DNA of 32,000 bases from Buchnera aphidicola str. APS (Acyrthosiphon pisum) (GTDB taxonomy: Bacteria > Pseudomonadota > Gammaproteobacteria > Enterobacterales > Enterobacteriaceae). Within the stretch, counting starts at the first letter, position 1. Each line of letters begins with the position of its first letter. The stretch covers positions 270,001 through 302,000 of the forward strand of contig NC_002528.1 in the NCBI RefSeq assembly GCF_000009605.1. The letters are read 5' to 3'. Below are positions 10,870-21,465 of the stretch, piece after piece. The translations under genes were made by a program, and so were the position numbers. Under the pieces are notes generated by a model, which worked only from the letters and a program-made list of their open reading frames with translations, made no database searches and had not been told where the DNA came from.

Positions 10870-11355
10870 ATGAAATATGAAAAAGATAAAAATTGGATGA
10901 AAATTGCTTTAAAATACGCATATTATGCTAAAGAAAAAGGGGAAATTCCCATAGGTGCAATATTAGTTTTTAAGGAACGTATAATCGGAATAGGCTGGAA
11001 TAGTTCTATTTCTAAAAACGATCCAACTGCACACGCGGAGATTATAGCATTACGTGGTGCAGGAAAAAAAATAAAAAATTATCGATTATTAAATACTACA
11101 TTATATGTTACTTTGCAACCGTGTATTATGTGTTGTGGTGCGATTATACAGAGTCGTATTAAACGTTTGGTATTTGGTGCTAATTGTAATTCATCAGATC
11201 ATCGATTCTCATTAAAAAATCTGTTTTGCGACCCACAAAAAGATTACAAATTAGATATTAAAAAAAATGTTATGCAACGTGAATGTTCCGATATTTTAAT
11301 AAATTTCTTCCAAAAAAAGAGAAAAAATAAAATCCATATTTGCAAGAAAATTTAA
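10870..11355 (+). CDS. tadA: tRNA-specific adenosine deaminase
   Basis: 161-aa ORF; cytidine/deoxycytidylate deaminase motifs '[12 protein letters not shown]' and '[13 protein letters not shown]'. Confidence 0.95.
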
Positions 11356-11736
11356 TTAATTTTCCAAAATAACTAAAGCATAAGCGTATAATTTTTGATC
11401 AGAAATACTTACATGTATCGATTTACATTGGATTTCTTTAGATTTTTTTAGAGCATGTTTTAAAAAGCGCAATTTTGGTTTGCCCGATTTATTTTTATAA
11501 AATTCCAGTTGATTGAATGTTATTTGATGATTTATACCTGTTCCTAACGCTTTAGAAGCAGCCTCTTTAGCAACGAATTTTTTTGCAAGAAAACTAATAC
11601 TATCATCGATAAGAATGTATTTCTTCCATTCTTCTGTAGATAAAATTTTTCTTGCAAATTTATCTCCATACTTTAAAAAAATATTTTTAATACGTAATAT
11701 TTCTACAAAATCTATTCCTATACCTATAATTGACAT
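11356..11736 (-). CDS. acpS: Holo-[acyl-carrier-protein] synthase
   Basis: 126-aa ORF; 'IIGIGIDFVEILRI', 'FLAKKFVAKEAASKALGTGI', 'HVSISDQKLYAYALVILE'. Confidence 0.95.
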   Translation of the reverse strand: MSIIGIGIDFVEILRIKNIFLKYGDKFARKILSTEEWKKYILIDDSISFLAKKFVAKEAASKALGTGINHQITFNQLEFYKNKSGKPKLRFLKHALKKSKEIQCKSIHVSISDQKLYAYALVILEN

Positions 11737-11860
11737 TATAAAGATACACCTTATGTAAATATAATTTTTTATATTTAAAAATTATTGATTTTTTTAAAAT
11801 CAGTTAAAAATTTGAACTTTTAACTAATTTTAAAAAATTAGTTATATTATTCTATTAATT

Positions 11861-12712
11861 TCAATTTTTGTCTTTAACCCATAAGACAAGATGAGTTTTT
11901 ATATAAAATTTCTTTTCTATATTATTTCTTGAAATCATACTAATTTTTTTTATTTTCTCTCCATTATGACCAATTACAATACTTTTTTGCCTTACATTTT
12001 TTACCCAAATTATGGCTTTTATATAAAGTGCTATTTTTTCTTTCTTTTTAAAAGATTCTATTTCTACTTTAATTATGGAAGGCAATTCATCTCCTAAAAA
12101 TAATATTAATTGTTCTCGAATAATTTCAGAGACTGTAAAAAAATCGGAATTAGTTGTAATATAACATTCAGGATATATATGACAGTTTTCTGGCAAATAA
12201 GATTTAATTATATTTTTTAATAATATTAAATTACTTATTTTTTTTGCAGAAATGGGAAGAATTTCTATAAAATCAATTTTTTTTTTGAGAAAATTGATAA
12301 AAGGCAACAAAATAATTTTGTTACTTATTTTATCAATTTTATTAATAATAATTAAAATTGGTATTTTAGTTTTCTTTATTTCATTTAAAATTATTTCATC
12401 ATGTATTGTCCAATCAATCCGATCAATAATAAAAATGATTAATGTTGCGATTTGTGTTGTTTGATAAAAATTGTTTTTATGATGTTTCATTTGATTGTTA
12501 TTTTTGTCAAAAACTACTCCGGGAGTATCTATATAAATTGATTGATAATTATCTTCTGTTTTAATACCGGTAATATTACTCTGTGTAGTATTTTTTTTTC
12601 TTGAAACAATAGAAATTTTTTTACCAATTATATTATTGAGTAATGTTGATTTACCAACATTTGCTTTTCCAACAATTATTACATGTCCACAATATTTTTT
12701 TTTTATTTTCAC
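11861..12712 (-). CDS. era: GTPase Era
   Basis: 283-aa ORF; P-loop '[16 protein letters not shown]', 'IDTPG', 'NKID', KH-domain tail; upstream of acpS and overlapping rnc by 4 nt. Confidence 0.93.
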   Translation of the reverse strand: MKIKKKYCGHVIIVGKANVGKSTLLNNIIGKKISIVSRKKNTTQSNITGIKTEDNYQSIYIDTPGVVFDKNNNQMKHHKNNFYQTTQIATLIIFIIDRIDWTIHDEIILNEIKKTKIPILIIINKIDKISNKIILLPFINFLKKKIDFIEILPISAKKISNLILLKNIIKSYLPENCHIYPECYITTNSDFFTVSEIIREQLILFLGDELPSIIKVEIESFKKKEKIALYIKAIIWVKNVRQKSIVIGHNGEKIKKISMISRNNIEKKFYIKTHLVLWVKDKN

Positions 12713-13389
12713 TCTACACCTAATTTAATTAATGCTTTTTGAGCTGCATCTTGTTCAGCTTTTCTTCTACTAGAACCTGTTCCAATCAAATATTCTGAAA
12801 TGGTACTAATTTTACAATGAATGGTAAATAGTTGATTATGAGCTTCACCATATACTTCAACTATAAAATATAAAGGCAAAGATAAATGCTTTGATTGTAA
12901 ATACTCTTGCAACCGTGTTTTAGGATCTTTTTGTGTGTCTCCAGGACTAATTTTTTCTAAACGTTTTTCATACCATTTTAATATTAATTCTTCTACTGTT
13001 TTAATGTTACTATCTAAATAAATACTTCCAATTAAAGCTTCTACAGTATTGGCTAAAATAGATTCACGACGAAAACCTCCACTTTTTAATTCTCCCTGTC
13101 CTAATTTTAAATATTCTCCTAAATCAAATTCATATGCGATTTCTGCTAAAGTATTTCCTCGAACTAAAGTTGCTCTCATTCGACTCATATCACCCTCATC
13201 GATATATGGAAAATGTTGATATAAAGCATTGGCGATAACGAAACTTAGAATAGAATCGCCTAAAAACTCCAGTCGTTCATTATGTTTACTACTCGCACTA
13301 CGATGTGTTAATGCTTGTTTTAAAAGATCCTTATGAGTAAAAGTATATCCTAATACTTTTTGTATTTTTTTTGTCACAATATGATTCAT
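12709..13389 (-). CDS. rnc: Ribonuclease III
   Basis: 226-aa ORF; signature '[18 protein letters not shown]', '[13 protein letters not shown]', C-terminal dsRBD '[18 protein letters not shown]'. Confidence 0.97.
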   Translation of the reverse strand: MNHIVTKKIQKVLGYTFTHKDLLKQALTHRSASSKHNERLEFLGDSILSFVIANALYQHFPYIDEGDMSRMRATLVRGNTLAEIAYEFDLGEYLKLGQGELKSGGFRRESILANTVEALIGSIYLDSNIKTVEELILKWYEKRLEKISPGDTQKDPKTRLQEYLQSKHLSLPLYFIVEVYGEAHNQLFTIHCKISTISEYLIGTGSSRRKAEQDAAQKALIKLGVE

Positions 13390-13519
13390 GTTATACCAAT
13401 TTCAATAATATTTTAATTGATTGTACATATAACAAGGAAAATAGAAATTTTGATAAAATTGAAGGTATACGCTAATATAAATATTGACTCTTATTATATT
13501 TCTATTAGATTAGTCTTTT

Positions 13520-14464
13520 CTAATGTATACTTCCAATTCTATTTATACGTATACCAGTAGGCCATTCATTTTCATTTTTATCAAAACTCATCCATATTTT
13601 AATGGCTTTTCCCACTAAGTTTTTTTCAGGTACAAACCCCCAATAACGACTATCTAAACTATTATCACGATTATCTCCCATCATGAAATATTCACCTTTA
13701 GGTACAATCCAAGTTAATTTAGGCATATTTTTTTGTTGAAAATAATTTTCTTTTGTATTTTTAATACTATTTAATAGTAATATACTATGTTTGACATCCT
13801 CGATTATTTCTTCAACAATATCAAAATATAATGAGTTATATATGTTTTTATCTTCTTTGATATTGTTCTTATTAGAGAAGTATATTTTTTGAATAAAATT
13901 ACTAGATCGAGATTGGGAATAATTAATTGATATCTTCTTTTCACATCCTCTCTGGTCTGAATAATTCGTACATATATGTATGTGTTTATCGTGAAGATCA
14001 TATCTAATTTTATCTCCAGGTAATCCTATTATACGTTTAATATAATTTATATTATGATCAGTAGGATGTTGAAATACTGCAATATCACCACGATTAGGTT
14101 TTTTGGTACGTATTAATATTTTATGTGTAATGGGTTCTTTAATACCATATGAAAACTTTTCTACTAAAATAAAATCACCCACTAAAAGAGTAGGCATCAT
14201 AGAACCTGAAGGAATTTGAAAAGGCTCATAAATAAATGAACGTATAATAAATATTGCTAAAAAAATTGGGAAAAATGACGCTAAAGATTTTAAGAAATAT
14301 GTTTTATTTTTTGATTTTTCTATTTTTTCTTGATGAAAATTATTATTGTTAATTATTTTTTTATTAATTAAATAATTTTTAAAGCTTTTGATACAATAAA
14401 AACTCCAAAATATTCCAGTTACTAATGTACTAATTAACAAAAAAATAGTTAATATATTTGCCAT
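13520..14464 (-). CDS. lepB: Signal peptidase I
   Basis: 314-aa ORF; 'PFQIPSGSMMPTLLVGDFILVEKFSYG', 'RGDIAVFQHP...YIKRIIGLPGD', 'FMMGDNRDNSLDSRYWGFVPE'. Confidence 0.96.
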   Translation of the reverse strand: MANILTIFLLISTLVTGIFWSFYCIKSFKNYLINKKIINNNNFHQEKIEKSKNKTYFLKSLASFFPIFLAIFIIRSFIYEPFQIPSGSMMPTLLVGDFILVEKFSYGIKEPITHKILIRTKKPNRGDIAVFQHPTDHNINYIKRIIGLPGDKIRYDLHDKHIHICTNYSDQRGCEKKISINYSQSRSSNFIQKIYFSNKNNIKEDKNIYNSLYFDIVEEIIEDVKHSILLLNSIKNTKENYFQQKNMPKLTWIVPKGEYFMMGDNRDNSLDSRYWGFVPEKNLVGKAIKIWMSFDKNENEWPTGIRINRIGSIH

Positions 14465-14479
14465 GGTATTTTCCTTTTT

Positions 14480-16273
14480 TTAACTTTCTCTAGAATTTAA
14501 AATCGAAAGAAATACTGTTTTAGGCACATTAACATTACCTATTTTTTTCATTCTTTTTTTTCCGTCTTTTTGCTTTTGTAACAATTTCTTTTTTCTACTA
14601 ACATCACCACCATAACACTTTGATAATACATTTTTCCTCAATTGCTTAATAGTAGATCGTGCGATAACAGAATTGTTAATTACAGCTTGAATTGAAATGT
14701 CAAATTGATGTCGAGGTATTAATTTTTTCATTTTATCAACTATTTCACGAGAACGAGATTGTGCATTTTTATGGTAGGATAGTATTGTTAGAGCATCTAC
14801 CTTTTCTGAGTTAATTAATATATCTATTCGTACCATTTTCACAGATTGAAAATATTTAAAATCATATTCCAATGAAGCATATCCACTAGATACAGATTTT
14901 AGTTCATCAAAAAAATTTAATATAACTTCATTCATAGGTATATTATATTTCAATAATACTTGATGTGAATGATAAACCATATTAATTTGAACACCTCTTT
15001 TTTTTATACATAATTTTATTATTGATCCAAGAAATTGAGGAGGTGATAGAATACTGCATTCTACGATCGGTTCTTTAATTATTTTTATATCATTCATATT
15101 AGGAAAATTAGAAGGAGTATCTAAATAAATTATTTTCCCATTAATAAGTTCTATTTCATAAATAACTGTAGGTATTGTAGTAATTAAATCAATAGAATAT
15201 TCTCTTTCCAAGCGTGCTTGAATGATTTCCATATGCAATACACCTAAAAATCCACATCTAAATCCAAAACCAAGCGCTACTGAATTTTCTGGTTCATAAA
15301 ATAAAGAAGCGTCATTTAAACTTAATTTTCCTAATGCATCTCTAAACATTTCATATTGATCTGATGTAAGGGGAAATAGACCAGCATATATTTGAGGTTT
15401 AATTTTTTTAAAACCTATTATCATATTTTTGGCTGGATTTTTAGCTGTTGTTAACGTATCTCCAACAGGAGCAGCAATGATATTTTTTATACCACAAATA
15501 ATCCAACCTACTTCACCACATCTTAATTGGTTTTTATTTAATTTTTTAGGTGTAAAAACACCTATTTGATCAACATAATAATTTTTTCCTGTGCTCATTA
15601 CTTGAATTTTATCTCTTTCAAATAATATGCCATTTTTAATTCTTATCAAAGATACTACACCTAGATAATTATCAAACCAGGAATCAATAATTAATGCTTG
15701 AAGAGGGGAATTTATTGAACCTTTAGGATAAGGAATATCGTTAATAATACGTTCTATTAGATCTTCGATGCCTTCTCCAGTTTTAGCTGAACATCTAATT
15801 GCATCCAATGCAGGTATTCCTATAATATCTTCAATTTCTTTAGCTACTTTGTCTGCATTTGAATTAGGTAAATCTATTTTATTTAATACAGGAACAATTT
15901 CTACATTCATATCTATTGCAGTATAACAATTAGCTAAGGTCTGTGCTTCAACCCCTTGAGTGGAATCTACAACTAATAATGCTCCTTCGCATGCAGCTAA
16001 CGATCGAGATACTTCATAAGAAAAATCAACATGACCTGGAGTGTCAATAAAATTTAAATTAAAAATATTTCCTGATTTATTTTTGTAATCAATCATAACG
16101 CTTTGAGCTTTAATAGTAATGCCTCGTTCTTTTTCTAAATCCATTGAATCTAATACTTGATTAGACATTTCTCTTTCAGATAAACCGCCACATAATTGTA
16201 TTAATCGATCAGATAAAGTTGATTTTCCATGATCAATATGAGCTATAATCGAAAAATTTCTTATACTTTTCAT
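14480..16273 (-). CDS. lepA: Elongation factor 4
   Basis: Start refined from 16312 to ATG ending at 16273 ([26 protein letters not shown]); '[27 protein letters not shown]', '[14 protein letters not shown]', C-term '[20 protein letters not shown]'. Confidence 0.97.
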   Translation of the reverse strand: MKSIRNFSIIAHIDHGKSTLSDRLIQLCGGLSEREMSNQVLDSMDLEKERGITIKAQSVMIDYKNKSGNIFNLNFIDTPGHVDFSYEVSRSLAACEGALLVVDSTQGVEAQTLANCYTAIDMNVEIVPVLNKIDLPNSNADKVAKEIEDIIGIPALDAIRCSAKTGEGIEDLIERIINDIPYPKGSINSPLQALIIDSWFDNYLGVVSLIRIKNGILFERDKIQVMSTGKNYYVDQIGVFTPKKLNKNQLRCGEVGWIICGIKNIIAAPVGDTLTTAKNPAKNMIIGFKKIKPQIYAGLFPLTSDQYEMFRDALGKLSLNDASLFYEPENSVALGFGFRCGFLGVLHMEIIQARLEREYSIDLITTIPTVIYEIELINGKIIYLDTPSNFPNMNDIKIIKEPIVECSILSPPQFLGSIIKLCIKKRGVQINMVYHSHQVLLKYNIPMNEVILNFFDELKSVSSGYASLEYDFKYFQSVKMVRIDILINSEKVDALTILSYHKNAQSRSREIVDKMKKLIPRHQFDISIQAVINNSVIARSTIKQLRKNVLSKCYGGDVSRKKKLLQKQKDGKKRMKKIGNVNVPKTVFLSILNSRES

Positions 16274-16507
16274 GTTTTTTATACCATATTCATGTTTAAT
16301 ACATTTTAACATGCAGTAAAAAATATTTTTTATTATTTTTATAAATTTTTAATAAAAAATATACTAGGATAAAAGTTTGTTTAAAAATAATATGTTTTAG
16401 AAATATAAAAGATAATTTATTTATTCTTCTTGTTTATGATATATAATGTAATATTAAATATATTAAAAAATATCTACAAGAAAATATTAAAATTAATACC
16501 TTTAATT

Positions 16508-17614
16508 ATGATAATAAAAAAAAATAAAAAAATTATTGTTGCTATGTCTGGAGGGGTAGATTCATCTGTTTGTGCGTGGATTTTAAAGAAACAAAATTAT
16601 CAAGTAGAAGGTTTATTCATGAAAAATTGGGAAGAAGACGACCAAGAAGGATATTGCAGTTCTACTAAAGATTTATTAGATGCAGAAAACATCTGTAAAA
16701 AATTAAATATATATCTTCATAAGATGAATTTTTCCTCAGAATATTGGGAATATGTTTTTGAAAACTTTCTAAAGGAATATAAAAAAGGAAACACACCTAA
16801 TCCAGATATATTATGTAACAAAGAAATTAAATTTAATATGTTTTTGAATTATTCTATTCAAGAACTTAAAGCCGATTATATTGCTACAGGTCATTACGCT
16901 CGTATAAAAAAGATAAATGGTAAATATTTACTTTTAAAAGGAATTGATACTAATAAAGATCAAAGTTATTTTTTATATACTTTAAATAGTATTCAGCTTA
17001 GAAAAATTCTATTTCCTATCGGACATTTAAAAAAAAATAAAGTAAGGAATATAGCTAAAAAAATAGATTTAAAAATCGCTAAAAAAAAAGATTCTACGGG
17101 TATTTGTTTTATTGGTCCTAAAAAATTAAAAAATTTTTTAAGCCTTTATATTTCTGAAAAAAAAGGTGATATAGTTACAATTTCTGGACGAGTTATTGGC
17201 AAACATAGTGGAGTGTTTTATTATACTATAGGTCAACGGCAGGGATTAGGTATAGGCGGAATAAAAGGAGAATACAACATACCCTGGTATGTTGTAGAAA
17301 AAAATATTGAAAAAAACATATTAATTGTTGCTCAAGGTTCTTATAATAAACACCTTATGTCCATAGGATTAATTGCTAAAAATATTAATTGGATTAATTA
17401 TGATCAGTTGTCTTTTCCTTTGTCTTGTATGGCAAAAACAAGATATCGTCAGAAAGATATTATATGTAAAATAGAATATATTAATAATCATCATATAAAA
17501 ATATTATTTGATTGTCCAGTTGCCGCCGTCACACCTGGACAATCAGTAGTTTTTTATGTATCAGATATTTGTATAGGTGGTGGGATTATTGAATCTAGAT
17601 TACCATTGTTATAA
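16508..17614 (+). CDS. mnmA: tRNA-specific 2-thiouridylase
   Basis: Start refined from 16430 to ATG 16508 (MIIKKNKKIIVAMSGGVDSSVCAW); 'GNTPNPDILCNKEIKF', 'GTDTNKDQSYFLY', 'DSTGICFIG'-like motifs. Confidence 0.95.
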   Translation: MIIKKNKKIIVAMSGGVDSSVCAWILKKQNYQVEGLFMKNWEEDDQEGYCSSTKDLLDAENICKKLNIYLHKMNFSSEYWEYVFENFLKEYKKGNTPNPDILCNKEIKFNMFLNYSIQELKADYIATGHYARIKKINGKYLLLKGIDTNKDQSYFLYTLNSIQLRKILFPIGHLKKNKVRNIAKKIDLKIAKKKDSTGICFIGPKKLKNFLSLYISEKKGDIVTISGRVIGKHSGVFYYTIGQRQGLGIGGIKGEYNIPWYVVEKNIEKNILIVAQGSYNKHLMSIGLIAKNINWINYDQLSFPLSCMAKTRYRQKDIICKIEYINNHHIKILFDCPVAAVTPGQSVVFYVSDICIGGGIIESRLPLL

Positions 17615-17649
17615 TTTTAATTATTTTGAATAGTAAGGAGATAATTGTG

Positions 17650-18285
17650 ATGAAAAAAATACACTTAATTACGTTATCACTTGCAGGTATATGTCAGTCA
17701 GCTCATTTAGTACAGCAATTAGCTTATTCAGGAAAATGCGACAGTAATGCATTCAGTATATGTTTAAAAAGTATTTTAGAAATTAATCCAACTTCTTTCA
17801 TTGCAATATATGGTAATCATGAAAAAAACCTCATCATAGGATTGGAAATATTGTTATCTACTTTAACTTTTTCTAGTTTTTCTTATTCATATATTGAACT
17901 AATTAAATACATTTCTAATATGATGATTATTGAAAAAAAGTTAAAAAAAAGTCGTACGGCAATTTATTCTTTAAAAAATAAAATATCAGTTATATCTAGT
18001 GAATACTATTTAAATTACAACATAAAAAATTTAACTCGCAAACTAGGAGAACTATATCTTGAAATTATTAGTTCTTTAGGTTCGCGTATTGTAATAAAAG
18101 GAATAAAAGATTTTTTACAAGATCATCAAATACAAGAAAAAATTCGATGTTTGTTATTTTCAGGTATTCGTGCAATAGTTTTGTGGAAGCAATATGGAGG
18201 AAACCAACTGCAATTGATATATTTTAGATATTTTATTATTAAAAAAGCAAAAAAAATATTGTATCATTTAAAAGATGCAACTTAA
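17650..18285 (+). CDS. hflD: High frequency lysogenization protein HflD homolog (YcfC)
   Basis: Likely ATG at 17650 (MKKIHLITLSLAGICQSAHLVQQLAYSG); C-terminal 'GIRAIVLWKQYGGNQLQLIYFR'; between mnmA and purB as in E. coli. Confidence 0.92.
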   Translation: MKKIHLITLSLAGICQSAHLVQQLAYSGKCDSNAFSICLKSILEINPTSFIAIYGNHEKNLIIGLEILLSTLTFSSFSYSYIELIKYISNMMIIEKKLKKSRTAIYSLKNKISVISSEYYLNYNIKNLTRKLGELYLEIISSLGSRIVIKGIKDFLQDHQIQEKIRCLLFSGIRAIVLWKQYGGNQLQLIYFRYFIIKKAKKILYHLKDAT

Positions 18286-18323
18286 TTCTTATAAAAAATT
18301 GTTAAAAAATTAGGATATAAGGC

Positions 18324-19694
18324 ATGGAATTAACCTCTTTAACAGCCATCTCTCCTGTTGATGGTCGATACAGCAATTTAACAATATTATTAAGAAATAT
18401 TTTTAGTGAATTTGGTTTTTTAAAATATCGTTTGAACATTGAAGTTCAGTGGCTAAAAAAAATCATTAGTATGTCTCAAATATTAGATATTAATAATATT
18501 GAATATAAAGAAATATTATTTCTTGATAGTATTGTTGAAGAATTTAATGAAAAAGATGCAATTCTTATTAAGAATATAGAAAAAGAAACCAATCATGACA
18601 TTAAGGCTTTAGAGTATTTTTTAAAAAACAAGATCGCTCAATCTAAAAATCTTTTAACTATTTCAGAGTTCGTACATTTTGGATGTACTTCGGAAGACAT
18701 TAACAATATAGCATACTCATTAATGATTAAAGATGCTCGTGATAAAATAATTTTACCATTATGGTATAAAATTATAAGTACTTTAAAAAAAATGGTTTTT
18801 AAATATCAACACTATCCTTTATTATCTTTAACTCATGGACAACCCGCTACTCCATCAACTATGGGAAAAGAGATTGCTAATTTTTATTACCGAATGAAAC
18901 GGCAGTATATCATACTCAAAAAAATAGAAATATTAGGAAAAATTAATGGAAGTACTGGTAATTATAATGCACATTTAGCAGCATATCCTGATATTAACTG
19001 GCATAAGATAAGTAAAGATTTCATCACGTCATTTGGTATTAATTGGAACCCATATACTACTCAGATCGAACCTCATGATTATATTGCAGAATTTTTTAGT
19101 TGCATGTCTCTATTTAATACAATATTAATTAATTTTAATCGCGACATGTGGGGTTATATTTCACTTAATTATTTTAAACAAAGAACAATAGATTATGAAA
19201 TAGGTTCTTCAATAATGCCCCACAAAGTCAATCCTATTGATTTTGAAAATTCTGAAGGTAATTTAGGACTTTCTAATGCTCTTATGAATCATATGATTAC
19301 AAAATTACCTATTTCTAGATGGCAGCGTGATTTAAGTGATTCTACGGTATTAAGAAATATAGGTGTGGCTATTTCTTATGCAATAATTGCATATAATTCT
19401 GTATTATCAGGAATTAATAAATTAGAAATTAATGAATCTGAATTATTAAAAAATTTGGATAAAAATTGGTCTATTTTATCGGAACCTATTCAGACTATTA
19501 TGCGTCGTTATGGAATTAAAAACGCATATGAAAAATTAAAAAAATTGACTCGAGGAAAAGAAATAAATAGAAATGTCATACATACATTTATTTCTAGTTT
19601 AAATATTCCTGAAGAAGAAAAAAAACGTTTAAAAAATATGACTCCTTTCAACTATATTGGAGCAGCGAGTCAAATTATCAATGAAATAGAATAA
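18324..19694 (+). CDS. purB: Adenylosuccinate lyase
   Basis: 456-aa ORF; 'LTSLTAISPVDGRYSN', 'THGQPATPSTMGKE', signature 'GSSIMPHKVNPIDFENSEGN'. Confidence 0.97.
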   Translation: MELTSLTAISPVDGRYSNLTILLRNIFSEFGFLKYRLNIEVQWLKKIISMSQILDINNIEYKEILFLDSIVEEFNEKDAILIKNIEKETNHDIKALEYFLKNKIAQSKNLLTISEFVHFGCTSEDINNIAYSLMIKDARDKIILPLWYKIISTLKKMVFKYQHYPLLSLTHGQPATPSTMGKEIANFYYRMKRQYIILKKIEILGKINGSTGNYNAHLAAYPDINWHKISKDFITSFGINWNPYTTQIEPHDYIAEFFSCMSLFNTILINFNRDMWGYISLNYFKQRTIDYEIGSSIMPHKVNPIDFENSEGNLGLSNALMNHMITKLPISRWQRDLSDSTVLRNIGVAISYAIIAYNSVLSGINKLEINESELLKNLDKNWSILSEPIQTIMRRYGIKNAYEKLKKLTRGKEINRNVIHTFISSLNIPEEEKKRLKNMTPFNYIGAASQIINEIE

Positions 19695-19792
19695 AAAAAA
19701 CAATAATTTTAAAACTTTTGTTTCAATCTTCTATTTATAATAAAAATTACAAGAAATTTTTAAAAAATTTAAAATATCAAGGAGAATATGCT

Positions 19793-20415
19793 GTGACATT
19801 AGGAATATTAGCTATTTCCATTCTGTTATTAACTGGATTTAATCAGTTTTTAAATACAAAACCAACTTTAAAAAAAAATTATTTTTTAAATCAAAAAAGT
19901 ATAAAAAATACTTTAAAGAATTGGAATGATATCATTGCAACTACAGCTAATAAATATAAAGTTGATGAGAAATTAATTAAGTCCATTGTTTACGTAGAAT
20001 CTTCTGGTAATCCTTATGCTAAAAGTCAATCTAATGCTATCGGATTAATGCAAATCAAACCTTCCTCAGCCGGAGCAGAAGTATATCGTTTAAATGGAAA
20101 AAAAGGCAGACCTTCTATTCAAGAATTATATGATCCAAAAACGAATATAGATATAGGAACTTCTTATATCAGTTTTTTACAAAAAAAATTCATCAGTATA
20201 AAAAACAAAGATGTCATGAGATATGCTATAATTGTCGCATATGTCAATGGAACTAGTGCACTTCTTAAAACATTTTCTAAAAGTAGAAAAGAAGCAATAA
20301 ACATAATAAATACTATGACAAAAAAATCTTTTTGTACACACATAAAAAAAAACACCCGGCAGTGCAAGCATTTCGTTATTTAATGAAAATAATTACGGTT
20401 TATAATCTAATATAA
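19793..20415 (+). CDS. mltE: Membrane-bound lytic murein transglycosylase (MltE/EmtA-like) with a frameshift near the 3' end
   Basis: SLT-fold 'IVYVESSGNPYAKSQSNAIGLMQIKPSSAG', 'VAYVNGTSALLKTFS'. Track ORF is 19718-20383 (TTG start); GTG 19793 has an AAGGAG 8 nt upstream. Adding one A at the A9 tract (20344-20352) extends the frame to TAA 20413-20415 with E. coli-like C-terminus. Confidence 0.82.
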
Positions 20416-20496
20416 AAATATTATTTTTAAACAATTAATAATTTTTTAAAAAATTAAAGATTATTCTTAATAATATCTATATCTTGAGATATAAAA

Positions 20497-21279
20497 ATGG
20501 GATTTTTAAAAGGTAAAAAATTTTTAATAATTGGCATTTCAAGTGTACGATCAATTGCTTTTGGTATAGCAAAATCTTTATATAATCAGAAAGCTGAATT
20601 AGGATTTGTATGCCAAAATGAAAAAATCAGAAAAAAAATAAAAAAACTAGTAGAACCAATGAAATCTTGTATCGTACTATGTTGTGACGTTTCTAATGAT
20701 AAAAATATTAAAAAATTATTTATAGATTTAGGTCAGGTATGGAAGAAATTTGACGGATTAGTTCATGCAATTGCTTATTGTCCAAAGCAATATTTTAATG
20801 GAGATTTTATTGATAATATTACCAGAGAAGGTTTTAATATTTCTCATGAAATTAGTTCTTATAGTTTTATAGGATTGGTTAAAGCCTGCAGAACAATGTT
20901 AAACAATTTTTCTTCTTTATTGACTTTATCTTATTTAGGTTCACAACGTGTCGTACCTAATTATAATGTTATGGGTTTAGCTAAAGCTTCATTAGAAGCA
21001 AGTGTCCGTTATATGGCTAGTTCATTAGGAAAAGAAAATATTCGTGTCAACGCTATTTCGTCTAGTCCCATTAAGACTATTTCCTCTTATAAAATTACAA
21101 ATTTTAATAAAATACGAAATTGTTCTTATGCATCTTCTTTTTTAAAAAATTCTGTTACCAGTGAAAATATAGGAAATGTAGCATCCTTTTTATTGTCTGA
21201 TTTGTCTTTAGGTATTACTGGTTCAGTTATTTATGTTGACAATGGTTTTAATGTCAGCAGCATGAATAATATTCAATAA
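20497..21279 (+). CDS. fabI: Enoyl-[acyl-carrier-protein] reductase [NADH]
   Basis: 260-aa ORF; 'MGFLKGKKFLIIGISSVRSIAFGIAKSLYNQ', 'LSYLGSQRVVPNYNVMGLAKASLEASVRYMA'. Confidence 0.97.
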   Translation: MGFLKGKKFLIIGISSVRSIAFGIAKSLYNQKAELGFVCQNEKIRKKIKKLVEPMKSCIVLCCDVSNDKNIKKLFIDLGQVWKKFDGLVHAIAYCPKQYFNGDFIDNITREGFNISHEISSYSFIGLVKACRTMLNNFSSLLTLSYLGSQRVVPNYNVMGLAKASLEASVRYMASSLGKENIRVNAISSSPIKTISSYKITNFNKIRNCSYASSFLKNSVTSENIGNVASFLLSDLSLGITGSVIYVDNGFNVSSMNNIQ

Positions 21280-21465
21280 TATTATTATTCAAAATTTAGA
21301 AGGATTATTTATACATAAAAATAATTTACATACAATATACATGCTAATTTTAAAAACTAAAAAGTAATTATCTATGTTATTTCATAAATGAATTATACAT
21401 TTAAATTAATTTTTTACATTTATGAGATTCTTAATTTTTTACAATGACAATTGGGTCGTATTATT

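Noticed and set aside
13520-14464. Possible decay of lepB because of a divergent middle region (insert-like HIHICTNYSDQRG...SLYFDIVEE)
   Set aside because: Catalytic Ser and Lys regions and the GDNRDNS box are intact and the frame is uninterrupted; a variable periplasmic domain is normal for signal peptidase I.
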